In this document: one piece after another, positions 1 through 16,909 of the stretch
Layout: every line of letters starts with the position of its first letter
How positions within the stretch are numbered: position 1 is the stretch's first letter
DNA from: Atractiella rhizophila
Lineage: Eukaryota
Length of the DNA stretch: 64,000 nt
NCBI GenBank assembly: GCA_021432655.1
Contig: MU271265.1
Span: forward strand, 1 to 64,000
Direction: 5' to 3'
Position numbers and translations under genes: made by a program
The notes under the pieces: model-generated
Databases searched by the model: none
What the model was told of the DNA's origin: nothing
What the model saw: the letters and a program-made list of their open reading frames with translations, nothing else

Positions 1-51
1 CTGGGAGGAGAATTTTTGGCAAAAGCCTGATGCAGTTCATGATGTTCATGA

Positions 52-470
52 TTAATAACCAGGAGGGTTGACCCTTTGTAATACTTTTGAGAACTTCGCG
101 AGCTTATGGATCCCTCGTCTGTAGTTTCTCCCACGCTTGTCGAAGCAGGTGTATTTGTCCTTGGGAAGCATTTGAGCTTCAGTTGGCAGCAAGAGTGCTT
201 TCGACTTGTGAACGCCCATAATTCAATGCTAGTGGTATGAGGAGCAAGTACTCACTAAAGCTTCACATTGCACTCCTGTAGCAGCTGCTGCGCATATGAG
301 ATTGTCCTGCTCTTTCAAACGTTTTCTTTGGCGAGCCTTGCGTGTTGCGCTCATGAGTGCAGGTGTTTTCCTAACGCCATCCTTTCAACGTCTTTTCTTT
401 ATGAAGACACTAAATACTACCATAAAAGACCTCCTCTTGCAACTAGAGATGCCCTGAAAGGACCAAGCAT
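52..470 (-). CDS. MRPL31: Mitochondrial large ribosomal subunit protein mL60 (MRPL31 family), spliced
   Basis: Manual splicing gives MLGPFRASLVARGGLLW|KTPALMSATRKARQRKRLKEQDNLI...MLPKDKYTCFDKRGRNYRRGIHKLAKFSKVLQRVNPPGY*. This matches the GGLLWK and PKDKYT.F....YRKGIHK hallmarks of fungal Mrpl31. Not in the ORF track. Confidence 0.9.
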
Positions 471-564
471 TGTATGTCAGTAATGGTGGTTGGTTGATAA
501 TGGCGGTCGGAACGGGTCACGAAAGAATTGTCAAGAACGACGAGGCTCCTTTACGGTTCTCAAC

Positions 565-1135
565 ATGTCTGCAGACGATTGTCCCAACATTCCAGAGACA
601 GTTCTCCCCTCGACTAAAACCAACAGCTCACCGAGTCCAGATCACTCCACGGAGTCAAAAAGCGAATCTACTGGATCATGGAGAGTTGTGCGCATGAGTG
701 CAGGAAGAAATGTACAGACTAGTGGACTGAAAACAAAGAACTGGGAAGCTCGCATGAAGCAGAAGCGCGATATGGATGCGGCTAAAAGTCTTGAACGGTC
801 GGTGTTCCTTATAGCATATAGTGCGGTGATTGAAGTCGGTGCAGAGAGTTGAAAGCAGAGAAAGAGGCGGATAAAGCTCGGTGAGGCCCCGTTCTCTGAA
901 ACCTCAAAAGAGGTTGATTGAAGATGGACAAGCGACCAGGAGACGAGAGATAACGCAGTCTCGCAAGAAGGCACTTGCTGAGAAAAAAAGGATGGAGGAG
1001 TTATCTCAGAAGGTATGCCTGCTATGCGTTCCGCCCGAGTGTCTCCCCATGATATTTCATATCTTACAGATGAGCGCGAAGCGGCTCCAAAGAGTGAGGA
1101 AGCGATTGGAGCGCAGCAAGAAAGTCAGCGGATGA
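565..1135 (+). CDS. CGR1: rRNA-processing protein Cgr1, spliced
   Basis: Short basic coiled-coil protein: W-EARMKQKRD...KSLERELKAEKEA..., C-terminal MSAKRLQRVRKRLERSKK, typical of the Cgr1 family. Confidence 0.85.
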
Positions 1136-1785
1136 TTGTCCATTTACATTTGCAGCCTCTCTTACCTTTCCTTTTGTACTTTGCCTAACAAGCATTGTTT
1201 CATATGCTCTCGTAAAAAGAGCTAGGGCCACTATTCTCAGTTTGCACATTTTCAAATGGACAATGTTGATGCCATATATGTTCCTCCGTAGGAAACTAAC
1301 GTAAAACGTCCATCATGCATCTGTACAAAATGCATTTGGAAGTAAAACAAGGAAGGTCTACGTCGTGCGCATTCAAGTTAGGATCAAGTGCACAATTACA
1401 ATCAATACCGGTATAGAACAATTATTTCTAGTTCGGATAGAAACTCGGCTGGCTAACCTGAGCTAACTGAGATGGTCCTAGTCATGTATTTGTGCATGTG
1501 CGATCTACAATCTCACACCATGATGCAAATGCACGATGCATGGTCGGTGACAATATTACATTGTGCACTGTCAATGCTTGCAAGTGGAGGACTTTCACGG
1601 TTGTGGCACGCAAACTGTGTTTGGAGGTGAAAACCTAACTGTTCCACACGCCACGGCAGAGACGTCGACCTGAATGACCTGATGCACAAGTTGACGCGTT
1701 CAATGCAACAAGTGCACCGTTTTGAATCTTTGAGCTAATGCAATAAAGAATACTGTGCCGGGTATCTACAAGACGATACGACGCT

Positions 1786-3366
1786 TCACCGGACGGTAGG
1801 AACCGGTTCCGCCTCATTATACCGTTCATAGACAGACAAGGTTGGAGAACGATAGTTAGGTGAATGCTGAACTCCCAGAGATTGTAGCGGTTGCCACTCC
1901 TCGGGTCGATCTGCATCTTGGATTCTAATGACTGGGGCACCAACATTGGGATCACGCGTCAGAGGAGACTGGTCCGGAACAAATGTTTTCGTCGAAGAGG
2001 AAGACGGGTTGTTGTCGATAATTCCTTTCGACGACGTATAGGTGCTCATGTCTTCCTTCAATGCTCCGGCGGCGGACTTCGGCTTATTGTAGCCAGCAAA
2101 AGTATCGATTATGTCGTCGACGGAACTCAGAGGACGGGCATCATTCGATCCTGTGTCATCATGGGAGGCAACTAATGGGCGACCTGGTCGGGAATAGTTG
2201 ACAGTGACAGGAGCGCGACCTGAGGGGGGATTCGTATCAGAGTTGAGGGCACCTTTTTTCGAATCGATAGGGGAAGGTGGCCGGTGCGAAGCTATCAGGC
2301 GTGAGGGTGTCAGTCCTGAAAGAGAAGGGTAAAATGGCTGCTCACAAACAGACAGTGGAGCGATTGGGACGGGCTCAGGCTCATCAGTTCCAGCGTATGC
2401 GTTTGTTATCCCATAAAGGGTGTCTTTTCGCGGATCCCTTCTATCGTCATCATCATCATCCCTGAAAGGATCCTCATCGGCGGATGACGCTGCTGTAATA
2501 GAAGAGGCCATGGAAACAGGAGAGCGAACCCGATTCGTCGAGCGGGCAAAAGATGACCGATTCGGTGAAGGTGTGGCGAGGGAGAAAGGGTTGGGGTCCA
2601 TAAAAGGATCAGCAGAAAATTGTGCTGCAGTCAAAGGTGAAGCGGGAGGTAGATGCAATACTTGGGGATTCTCTGCTGGACGTTTTGGAGGAAAGGTAAA
2701 TGCCGAGGGTGGGGGAGGAGGCGAAACGCTGTAGGAGTTGAATGGGGGCCTCTCCTCCATCTCCAACTTCGTATCGTCTTCGTCGGGCAGCATGGCGCTG
2801 GTCCTCCTCCTTTCTAACCGGCTGTTGGGCAAATAGAGGCTGCCGCCATTATAGTTCCCTCCCCAAAGTTCCGATCCCGTCGTATCTCGCTTGTTTTTCT
2901 TCTCGTTCCCGTCGAGACGTTTTTTCTTGCGGCGGTAGACGCAAAACCAAATCAGAAGGCCCAGCACGACGACGGCTCCTCCGGCAATCGCAGCGATTAG
3001 TACTACCTTGTTGGTACCGCCTGAAGCAGCCCCACTAGAACTCGACTCCGTAGCCGCTCCTGAGACGGTGCCTGTGGACTGCGATTGCGAAGAAGTACTG
3101 GCAGGAGCCTCGGTGAGGGTAGGCGTAGAGGTGGTTTCCGTGTCCGTGGGAACGTCAACGACGCTAGCTCCTCCCAAGGTTGCAGAGACTAGCTCTTATG
3201 TTCCCATATGCCTGTGAAAGTGGGGAAACGACGCACCTCGAGTACTTGTCTTCCTTCCCTTCGATGTTGTAGTTGGATCGTCTTCATTCTGCCTTGTTGC
3301 TGGTGTCTTTCCCTCTTCGTCCTTCTGCCTCCGTGAGAGGGATGGTCGGGGATGCCTGCGCGCCAT
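1786..3366 (-). CDS. Single-pass membrane protein with Ser/Thr-rich ectodomain and Pro/Ser-rich cytoplasmic tail
   Basis: The 463-aa ORF has an S/T-rich stretch, a hydrophobic helix (VVLIAAIAGGAVVVLGLLIWFCVY) and a basic stop-transfer (RRKKKR). Probable first exon starts at ATG 3366. Confidence 0.65.
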
Positions 3367-3603
3367 TATTGAACGAAATAAATTAGAGAATGGAGTAAAA
3401 TGAGTGTAGGAGCCAGGCTGGCTTAAGTCTGAACGGAAGCTGCTGACAGCTGCAAAAGGGATCGAGGCTGGTGCGTGAAACTCGATGAAATTGGTCGAAA
3501 CTCGAAACAGAGACCCCAAAATTAAGTTGGCCCGCTACTTGATAATCATGAGGATGCACGTGCAACTCACTTCGCGTTGGGAGGATAACAGCATAAATAC
3601 ACA

Positions 3604-5510
3604 ATGTCGGGCTACGACTTCACACCGCTCTACAAGCACTCGACAACCGCCATATCCCCCAACGGCCTCTACACTGTCTCATGTCTCGCCCACCGTCTCG
3701 TCCTCCGCTCCACATCGACTCTCCAGATACTCCGCTCTTGGACATGCACCCGTCCAAATCCCAAAGAAAAACGCGTCGCAACATCTTCCAAAGACTCAGG
3801 AGACGCCACAATAAGCTCAATCGCTTGGAGTCCTAGAGGCACTCACGTCCTAGCCGTGTCAGAAGCCAAAGGCGCAATATGGATTTTCGATATCGAGGAG
3901 GAGGATGGCCCTGCACTTACTGCCGATATTGGCGGAGAGGGACTTGTAAAAGGTAGCCCTGCAAAGTGGACAGCAGACGGTAGAGCTGTAATGCTCTGGA
4001 GCGATTACGGGGTGCGTTGTTCGTCATCCTTACGAGGATGCAAGGTCATGAGAAGAAAAGCTTCGGCTGAGCGTGCTGCGACTGGATGTCAACCCTCCAG
4101 AGACAGTAATCATTCAATATCCCAAACATGGTTCAGATGCCGGTCAGCGAGTGTCCCTGCTTATAAGCGAAGCTGACGCGGAACAGGGTGGTCAATACGT
4201 TCGACTGGCTCACAGATGCTTGCAGTCATCGAACGACACAAGAACAAAGACCTCGTTGGAATCTACGACTGTTCATCCTGGCGTTTGCTCCGAGTGAGGG
4301 AATCTTTCGTGCAGAAAACCAGACTTATTTTGGGATAAGCACTTCGCAGTCAACACTATTGACGCCGCTGATATCGCTTGGTCGCCGTGCGGCCGTTATC
4401 TCGCCTTATGGGAGTCTGCGCTTGAAGTAAGTACCCGGTAGTGACACGGTCATTTTTCATCTTACACAGCGCAGTATGTGTTGCACATTTATACACCTAC
4501 TGGTAGCTTGATTGCAACCTACTCTCCTTACTCAACACTGTCAAATTCCGAAGTTCCGTTTGATCCAAAGGTGTCAACAGTCAAGAAGGCACTCGCTTCC
4601 TCCACGCGTGCACCTCAATCATCTAGGGGGCCCTCACTCATCCCGAGCAAGGAAAGTGGAACTTGGGTTGGTCTCGGGATCAGGGACGTAATTTGGCATC
4701 CTACTGGGAAGTTTTTAGCACTTGCTGGGTACGATCAGAAGGTAAGCCTTCCATTGTCAGAAGCGACTATAACAGTGAGGCAGATCAGGATTCTGAATAA
4801 CACCAGCTGGACTAACGTAGCGACGCTGGAGCACCCATTGAAAGTCGGAGCTCCTACACATGTCTGGAACGAACCCTACCAATGGATCGAAAAGACGATG
4901 GGCAGGGGCATCGTGACGTGTATGCTATCTCTTTCGCTTGTCGAAGAACATTAAGCGAAAAGATCCCCAGTCGAACAGCCGTCGCTGCCTTTCAGCTGCT
5001 TAACCGTTCGTCCTGAGCCTTCGAAACCTAATCCGAAAGTAGGAGTGAGTCTGTTAAGCTGGAGTTGCGATGGGAAATGGCTTGCATCTCGCAATGGCAA
5101 GTTCACGATCTCCAGCAGGGTATGTCTTGACGACCATTCTATTAGACAACTCGCCGCAATCAGTTTACATTTTCGCCTTCCCACTCTTATCGCACGGCTT
5201 AGATGCTTCTTTACATACGGTGATAAACTTTTCTTCTCGGGTCAGAAGCTTTGCCTGGTCAACCTCCTCGCCTTGTCTTTCGATAAGTTGTGGAACTGCT
5301 GCAACGTTCCTGTGGAATCTTGACCAGAACAACGAGCATGGAGTCATGGAAGGCGTCGGGATACCCGTTCCACAAGAAGTGAGGTTTGGACTCGAAAACA
5401 CACAATGGATGGGAGACGATTTGCTTCTGTGCGGGAAGGATTGCTTTGGGTGGATGTTCAAAGTGAAGGATGAAGTAGGGGCAAGCAGCCAAAGAGTCCA
5501 TGGAGATTGA
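3604..5510 (+). CDS. WRAP73: WD40 protein of the WRAP73/WDR8 family, spliced
   Basis: N-terminus DFTPLYK...SPNG...HRLVLRSTSTLQILRSW, plus IAWSP, WSDYG, WHPTGKFLALAGYDQK and WSCDGKWLASRND repeats, colinear with WRAP73/Wdr8. Confidence 0.8.
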
Positions 5511-5811
5511 CTGTCACCGTTCTCCGCCACATGCTTTATGTACAAGAGAGCAGGTTCATTAGGAATGCATTGAACAGAGTGCAAAAGTAAGACCTCGCGC
5601 AATGAGACGAAAAGGCCAGAGAGGCCTGAGACCTGAACCACAAACCACTCAGAACTAAAGGACGCAGTGAATTAAACAGATCAAGACGTGGAGAATGCAG
5701 TGGTATTCGCGAAGTCAGAGAGTACCTATTAAAATTAAATCGACAGTGTATAGACAAGGAATATCATGTGGTAGTCCATATACAGAGGTCCGTGAAAGAG
5801 TGAATGGGACA

Positions 5812-8807
5812 TCAGTACTTCAGCCAACTGTTCTTGTCGTCTTGGGAAGGTTTGGTCGGAGTCGGCATTGGTTTCTTGGAACTGCTAGTAGCGCCAATCT
5901 TGCCGTCTTGCCAGTCAAGGACTTTCGACGTAGATCGCCTTTTAGTCTCTTCCAAAAGCACTTCACTACGCCTTCTGACATGCGGCGGATTTTCAGCATC
6001 CTTTCGTTCCTTTGCCAACATCTCTTGCTTCATCTTCTCGACCTTACGCTTCAAGTTCTCTCGTTCCTGCTGCTCTTTCAGAGAAGCCGTAACACCGCTT
6101 TGCAGCTACCATCAAATCAACCTCCTGCTCTCGGACAGAGTTGAAAACCACGCACTTCTCGGATGTGCTCCTTGTGTCTTCTGTTCAGCTCTTCCACATC
6201 CAGGTACCTTTCCTCCTTCTTAACTAGCCCTGCGGCTGCAGATTCAAGGGCGGCGCCGGAAGAATGTCGTTTCTGCTGGTCCGCATGTGGCTGTTGTGTC
6301 ATATCCCCCTGAAGAGGTCTAGGTTCCTTGCTGAGGAAATCAATTGACTTTGATCTTCCCTCTCGTTTCGGGATGGTAGACTGGTTAAGTTGCGGTGGAG
6401 CGTACAGGTCACGGTGATCAACTACAATGTCGGCAGTACGCTGAACGCGCTGAATGTCCGTAGGGGAAGAAACCCTTCGTATTGCTGGGGCGGCGGCGTC
6501 AAGAAGAGCAAGTGGTGGAAGAGTTGGTGCGGTGAAAGCTGCTGGAGGATTAGGCGTCGGGCTCCCTATAGTCTCCCTCAGTCTCGAAATCTCATTCCTA
6601 ATCTTAGAGATCTCCTCCAATTCCTTTCTCTTCGCCACCAAGTCTGGATGTTCATCGACCATGGCCACTGGGGCTGGCTGTCCGATCCTCAAGAGGTCGT
6701 TTGAGTTCGTCCTGCTATGAGATGGATGCGTAGTTATCGGTTGACCATTCCTCAGAATATCGTTGGAATTGGTCCTGCTGTGAGTTGGCAGGAACACACT
6801 GGAATGTTTTGAGTCTGTTCGAACCCTTCCAAACTCAAACTCAGCTGCGTCGAGTGAGGCAGGAGTTCCCGTGGGAGGAGGAAAGAGTGAGGGAGAGCGT
6901 CCCCCAAGGAGCGACATGGTGGACGAAGCACGCTTGTTGTTATGCTTCTCTTCCCATCGGGCCAAGTCTGCGATCTTCCTGGACTCCAAATCCTGGGCTG
7001 CAACTTCCTCCATCACCTCCCGTTCCTGATCTTCTTCCTTAATCTTCTGCACCTTTTCCTTCAGCACTTTCAAGATACGAGCTTGAAATGCAATTCCGCA
7101 AATTATGAGAGCACCAAGCACTCCGAGCTCGATTTGCATGGCTAAAACCAACCACTCAATGTCTAGAATGGAACACTTGAGAGGGCTGACTCACTATCGC
7201 TCACATTGAAAGACTTGTCCTTATTCCTATCTGGGAAGATAGCCTTGAAACCCAGGATGTATACATAATACTCCTTCAAGTTTTGAGTGGTGTAACAGTC
7301 GACACCGAGAACAACGGCCGTAGCACCTATTGAGCAATGAGCTTGATTTAAAGCTGAGAAGTGGCTCACCAATAACTGAAGTCGATGCGATAATAACATA
7401 GGGTTGCAATTTGGAAAAAGTGCATAGAACAAAACCGATAGCAGTGGAAGCAATGACCACAATGTATCTCATCGCAATAGGTCGAATAAGGACATTGTTC
7501 TTAAGCGATAAAATGAAGAGTGCCAACGTAAATCCACCAAACGCGCCGATTGAAGATCTCGCAACCTTGAAGAATAAGACACAAAGTCCTCCGCCCACTA
7601 CGCCGGCTGCAACGCAAGCAAACAAGAACAGGCCCCTAGTGGCGGAGGAAGGCGGGTTGACTTGATTCTGAACTCCAAATCGGAGAATGAGAACCAAGCA
7701 GATTAAACTGAGCGCATAAAATCCAGTAAAAAAGTACGAGGTCCACCGATTTTTGCCTCCAAGAACCAGCATTGGGAGTCCCGTCAAGATCAGGATCCCC
7801 CCTAAAATTCCCTACAAGGAGTTTAGTTTTCTGAACTGGGTCATGACACCGAGAGATGTATACATAATACTCCTTCAAGTTTTGAGTGGTGTAACAGTCG
7901 ACACCGAGAACAACGGCCGTAGCACCTATTGAGCAATGAGCTTGATTTAAAGCTGAGAAGTGGCTCACCAATAACTGAAGTCGATGCGATAATAACATAG
8001 GGTTGCAATTTGGAAAAAGTGCATAGAACAAAACCGATAGCAGTGGAAGCAATGACCACAATGTATCTCATCGCAATAGGTCGAATAAGGACATTGTTCT
8101 TAAGCGATAAAATGAAGAGTGCCAACGTAAATCCACCAAACGCGCCGATTGAAGATCTCGCAACCTTGAAGAATAAGACACAAAGTCCTCCGCCCACTAC
8201 GCCGGCTGCAACGCAAGCAAACAAGAACAGGCCCCTAGTGGCGGAGGAAGGCGGGTTGACTTGATTCTGAACTCCAAATCGGAGAATGAGAACCAAGCAG
8301 ATTAAACTGAGCGCATAAAATCCAGTAAAAAAGTACGAGGTCCACCGATTTTTGCCTCCAAGAACCAGCATTGGGAGTCCCGTCAAGATCAGGATCCCCC
8401 CTAAAATTCCCTACAAGGAGTTTAGTTTTCTGAACTGGGTCATGACACCGAGACCTACAAAAGTTGCATCAATCTTTGTATCAAGAAAGGGGGGCTCCTT
8501 CACCTCCTCTGGCGCGCCGACCGTAGCATTTGTTGCTCCCACGGTTGTGGGGAGCGGGGTGCTGCTCAGGCTGGCACTCGTCACACTAGCAAACCATAAA
8601 CACAACATTCCTCCTAGCCCATCTTTTCAAAACATGAAAGGCTTACGTGGCATTGCCAGTAACGTTGCCAGTCGGAGAAGGAGCAGTCGTGACATTCAAT
8701 GATCTGGTCGGAGCTAAGGAACCAGTGGAGTTGTTGGCGGGATCCTGCTGGGCCAAGGCAAGCAAGGCGCAGCTGGCCACAGTCAGCGCAAGAAGCAAGA
8801 AGCGCAT
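5812..8807 (-). CDS. Multi-pass membrane protein with a TM7S3/TMEM198-like (DUF4203) domain; carries an internal 599-bp duplication
   Basis: Signal peptide MRFLLLALTVASCALLALAQ, several Gly-rich TM helices (GILILTGLPMLVLGGKNRW; GAFGGFTLALFIL; IGATAVVLGVDCYT) and a long hydrophilic C-terminus. Confidence 0.75.
7256..8453. repeat. Exact tandem duplication, 2 x 599 bp (7256-7854 / 7855-8453)
   Basis: Copies are identical by eye, and identical ORFs recur at a 599 offset in the ORF track. Confidence 0.95.
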
Positions 8808-9068
8808 GGGGGAGGGACGAGGTGGAGGCTCAGCTGGATGCTAAGTGCAGGATGTCACTCTGACTGTTTAAATGAAAGTGGACAGTTTGTTACGATTTAC
8901 GATACCCTAATGAGGGGTACAGATTAGGTTTACACCAGAGCGGAGTTGGGAACCTTGACTGGTCTAGTTTTAAGGACATGTAAACCGACGGTGTGAGAAA
9001 AACTGGGATAATCCTGTAACGGTTCTTGCAAAGACATCTACGGAACATCCATGTGTCTATCCATGACC

Positions 9069-13069
<4,001 letters not shown>

Positions 13070-13162
13070 GGTTGTCCGTGTGGTGGCAGCTGGTTCAAGT
13101 TCAAAGCTGCATCAAAGCGAAACGTGTCAGGCCCAAAAATTTGGGAGTCCGCCGAACTTTAT

Positions 13163-14937
13163 ATGTGTTCAGCCGTTCAGCCAACTTTAAGACCAACCCA
13201 AGATGGCAGCAAGCGAGTATTCCCTATTAGTGGCTAGGAAAGGTGCACGACTGACGCCTTACAGGAGCCGAGCGAACACTGAAGCGATTCTGGAAGACCG
13301 TTTCGTTATCCCAAAAGTGCGCATACCCAAAATCAGAAGCAAAGCTAACTCTCTCTCTTAAGTTCAGATGGGGTTTATTCAATCGTACATCTCATCATTA
13401 TACCGTAATGGGGATTGAATCACACCTCTACAGAAACTGGATAACCGCGTGCTGAAAACGGTCAAAGGAGCCCCGTTGTTGCTTCCTGCTCGAAAGAGGG
13501 CAGTAGCCACGCTGATTGCAAATGAATGGGATCGACAGTCGCATACCCAGGCTTTAAAACCATCTGCTTTGCCAATGGTGCGTCTCATTTTCTGAAATGT
13601 GAAGATGGAATTTGAGTGTTGGCTAGACTTCGTTAGCTTCACGCGCAATCGACTATCTGAACTCCGCACCCACCCGCCATTCACTCGTAGAGGGGACAAG
13701 TAAATTTCTTGACACGGACACGATTTGGTATGACACAAGGCAAATAGTCGGCGTAGCCTTATTGAGCAACAAACAGTTACCATGACCCGAATCCGACGCC
13801 AGCTCTCACCTCCCTTCAGGAAGCACATTGGTCTCCCCTACTTGATTGGGCTCGGAAACACTATAATGTCGAGATCCATACATCTCCTGGGTTATTAGGG
13901 TTGCCTCAACCACAAGAGACACGTGAGAAGCTAGCACAGGTGGTTAAGGGTTGGGACGAATGGCGACTTGCTGGTAGCAAAGCTAACTCTCTCTCTTAAG
14001 TTCAGATGGGGTTTATTCAATCGTACATCTCATCATTATACCGTAATGGGGATTGAATCACACCTCTACAGAAACTGGATAACCGCGTGCTGAAAACGGT
14101 CAAAGGAGCCCCGTTGTTGCTTCCTGCTCGAAAGAGGGCAGTAGCCACGCTGATTGCAAATGAATGGGATCGACAGTCGCATACCCAGGCTTTAAAACCA
14201 TCTGCTTTGCCAATGGTGCGTCTCATTTTCTGAAATGTGAAGATGGAATTTGAGTGTTGGCTAGACTTCGTTAGCTTCACGCGCAATCGACTATCTGAAC
14301 TCCGCACCCACCCGCCATTCACTCGTAGAGGGGACAAGTAAATTTCTTGACACGGACACGATTTGGTATGACACAAGGCAAATAGTCGGCGTAGCCTTAT
14401 TGAGCAACAAACAGTTACCATGACCCGAATCCGACGCCAGCTCTCACCTCCCTTCAGGAAGCACATTGGTCTCCCCTACTTGATTGGGCTCGGAAACACT
14501 ATAATGTCGAGATCCATACATCTCCTGGGTTATTAGGGTTGCCTCAACCACAAGAGACACGTGAGAAGCTAGCACAGGTGGTTAAGGGTTGGGACGAATG
14601 GCGACTTGCTGGTAGGTACAGACCTCATCTGACAAATGTCTGCTCAGTTGTGATTAGCATTCGAGCGTGCGGTCCTCAGTGCAAAGAGTTTTATCATTCC
14701 TCTCTCCCTGTTAGATGAGAGTAGTCCACAATACCTCGATGTTGAAGCGGCAGCTCGGTCTGCTACAGTCGAGGTGGACAGCCAAATTGAGCGTTGGGGA
14801 GAAGTGGAAGATAGTACGTGCATTTCTCTTGTTCCCCCATTTTTTTAACACCGTAGCTTTCAGCGCATGATGTAGACAAGGCAGATATTAGGCGAAGGCT
14901 AGGGAGCGCTGCCATGCTCGCTCTCGACCAAGAGTAA
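13163..14937 (+). CDS. ATP12: Mitochondrial F1-ATPase assembly chaperone Atp12; carries an internal 638-bp duplication
   Basis: Spliced segments AERTLKRFWKTV, KLDNRVLKT...LIANEWDRQ...KPSALPM, TSLASRAID, FLDTDTI, FERAVLSAKSFII, EVDSQIERWGEVED and HDVDKADIRRRLGSA. Start codon uncertain (13163 or 13203). Confidence 0.88.
13338..14613. repeat. Exact tandem duplication, 2 x 638 bp (13338-13975 / 13976-14613) with 2-bp AG junction microhomology
   Basis: Identical copies; the same 149-aa antisense ORF recurs at a 638 offset. Confidence 0.95.
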
Positions 14938-15169
14938 CTAAGATTATTAGAGCTGCCTAATGTCATTCTTTATTTTGCCCAAGATAAAGCTGTGTACTGC
15001 TGTCTGAAAATGCTCATTATGGATGATTGGTTGGAATATGGGCATGGAATGCGAAGAATTTCGAAATGATAGGAAGGTCCCCAAAAAAACTCCTTCACAA
15101 ATATCTACGACGAATCACTATTCAGCAGTTACCGATAAGGATAACAGTCTTTTGCTTGCCTAACCAAGG

Positions 15170-16761
15170 TCAACCAATTTTCTTCTCCACAATAGGTGAG
15201 CCGATCACAGCACTCCCGATTCCGTTTACTAGCTGTGGCATGCTTACATGCCTTTGCGTTCCCCTACCGGTATTAATCTCCATACTGTTCCTCGCGCTCG
15301 CATTGCCCCCGAAACCATTCAACCGGAGTCGTTTTTCTGTGCTCTTCTCCAACTCATCCTTCTCAATCAGTCCTTTCCCTGGTCGTCCTATTTTCTGCGC
15401 ATCGGGAAGATTGTAGGCATATGTCGCTGACAACACAATGGCTGTTCCTAAAAGGAAGCCGAAAGTGATCTCTGCATCGAAGAGGATGGCGCCAGCTATG
15501 AAGGACAGGACGATGCTGAGAGATGTTGCAAAACCTTTCAGGATGTTGTCGGCGTATTTGATGACGAGAGCGGTGATTAGTCCTCCCAGAACCTGGCAAA
15601 TAACCACGCTCCAGGCTGAAAAGCCAAAGTTTTTGAACAACGGTTGGCGAGTTGAGCTACCCAGCTCCAAAAGGGCCGGCGTGATAGCTGGAAGGAGGGA
15701 GAAGAGAGATAGCTGAACGTTCCGAACCCACAAGTCGACTTTCGAGCCCTTCAGAACCTTCTCGAAGTATACGCCCGCTAGTCCTGACGTAAAACAGGCG
15801 AGGAGAACGGCAGAGAATCCTATGAGAGGATTCATCTGGTGTTGGGAGCTTGCTGGGGCGGAGGAGACGGAGGCAAGTTGAACTATGGCTACCCCGATAG
15901 AAAGGAAGAAAAGGGATATCCATTTGGTGGGCGACAGTTGCTTTTTGAGCATTAAGACGGAACACAGAGCCGTGGTTAAAATCTTGCGCCAGAGATTAGT
16001 TCTGGCTTTAAATGATACGACAAGTGAGGCACACTTTGAGTTGGTATGTTACCTGGAAAGTTGCAACATCCAGATTTGAAGCCGCAACAAACTGAAGCTA
16101 AAATATCAACATGAGCCGCACATAAATGCTGTATAGAGGATCACATGCATTCTATAGCCACCCATGAGCGAAAGTCGAACCAAAAATACTACGCACATTT
16201 TGTATGACATATAATATAGCTGGCACGCCTAGTTTCCAGCAGTCTTGACTTCGTTGGCATTGCTTTGAGCCACCCAAGATGAGAGACGTAGGTGGTTACT
16301 CACCTGAGGATCTCAGCTCTCAAACGGCAAATCTTCTCGTCCCACCGTCCCACTTCCCACCGCTTCAAGACCCTTCTATGCAAAGGTTCGCCCCAAGATT
16401 CCCTTCCTTTCCTTCGCTCTTTCTCATCTAAAGAACTTCCGAAAGTAAGTATTTTCCTGGCCTCTGCGCCTCCCCCTTTACGTGTAGGGGACGATTGCTT
16501 CTCCTTCCCCAAGGGAGACTCGAACGAGTTCCTCGCCGCTACAGATAGTGATATAAGGCCCTTCAAGATCTCGTTGAGAAGCACGGCGGATGATGGAGAA
16601 TAGGCTTGAGATTCTGGAAGTGAGCGTGACTGCAGGGCTAATGTTAGGTGTCGCTGCGAGCAAGCAAGCACACTTACCAAGTGCAGCAGAATAGCCAGCA
16701 TTGAGTTCTGTGCTGTGAGGGCGACGAGAGACACAACCCTCAAACGCGAATTGGATGCCAT
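15170..16761 (-). CDS. SLC35A-type nucleotide-sugar (UDP-galactose-like) transporter
   Basis: SLVALTAQNS, SSAVLLNEILK, KLGVPAILYVIQN, LDVATFQVTYQLK, SGLAGVYFEKVLK, WVRNVQLS and VIKYADNILKGFATSLSI. Confidence 0.9.
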
Positions 16762-16909
16762 GGCCTTCACAAGAAAAGGAGTCTCCCAGCAATTCTCTCC
16801 AGGTAGAAAGAGTTGAAGCAGGTTGAACTCGGTTGATGAGAGCAACCAACCTCCGCAAAAGTCTGGCAATATCTTGTTGTGGTTAGCATAAACGGCAATT
16901 ATTCGAATA

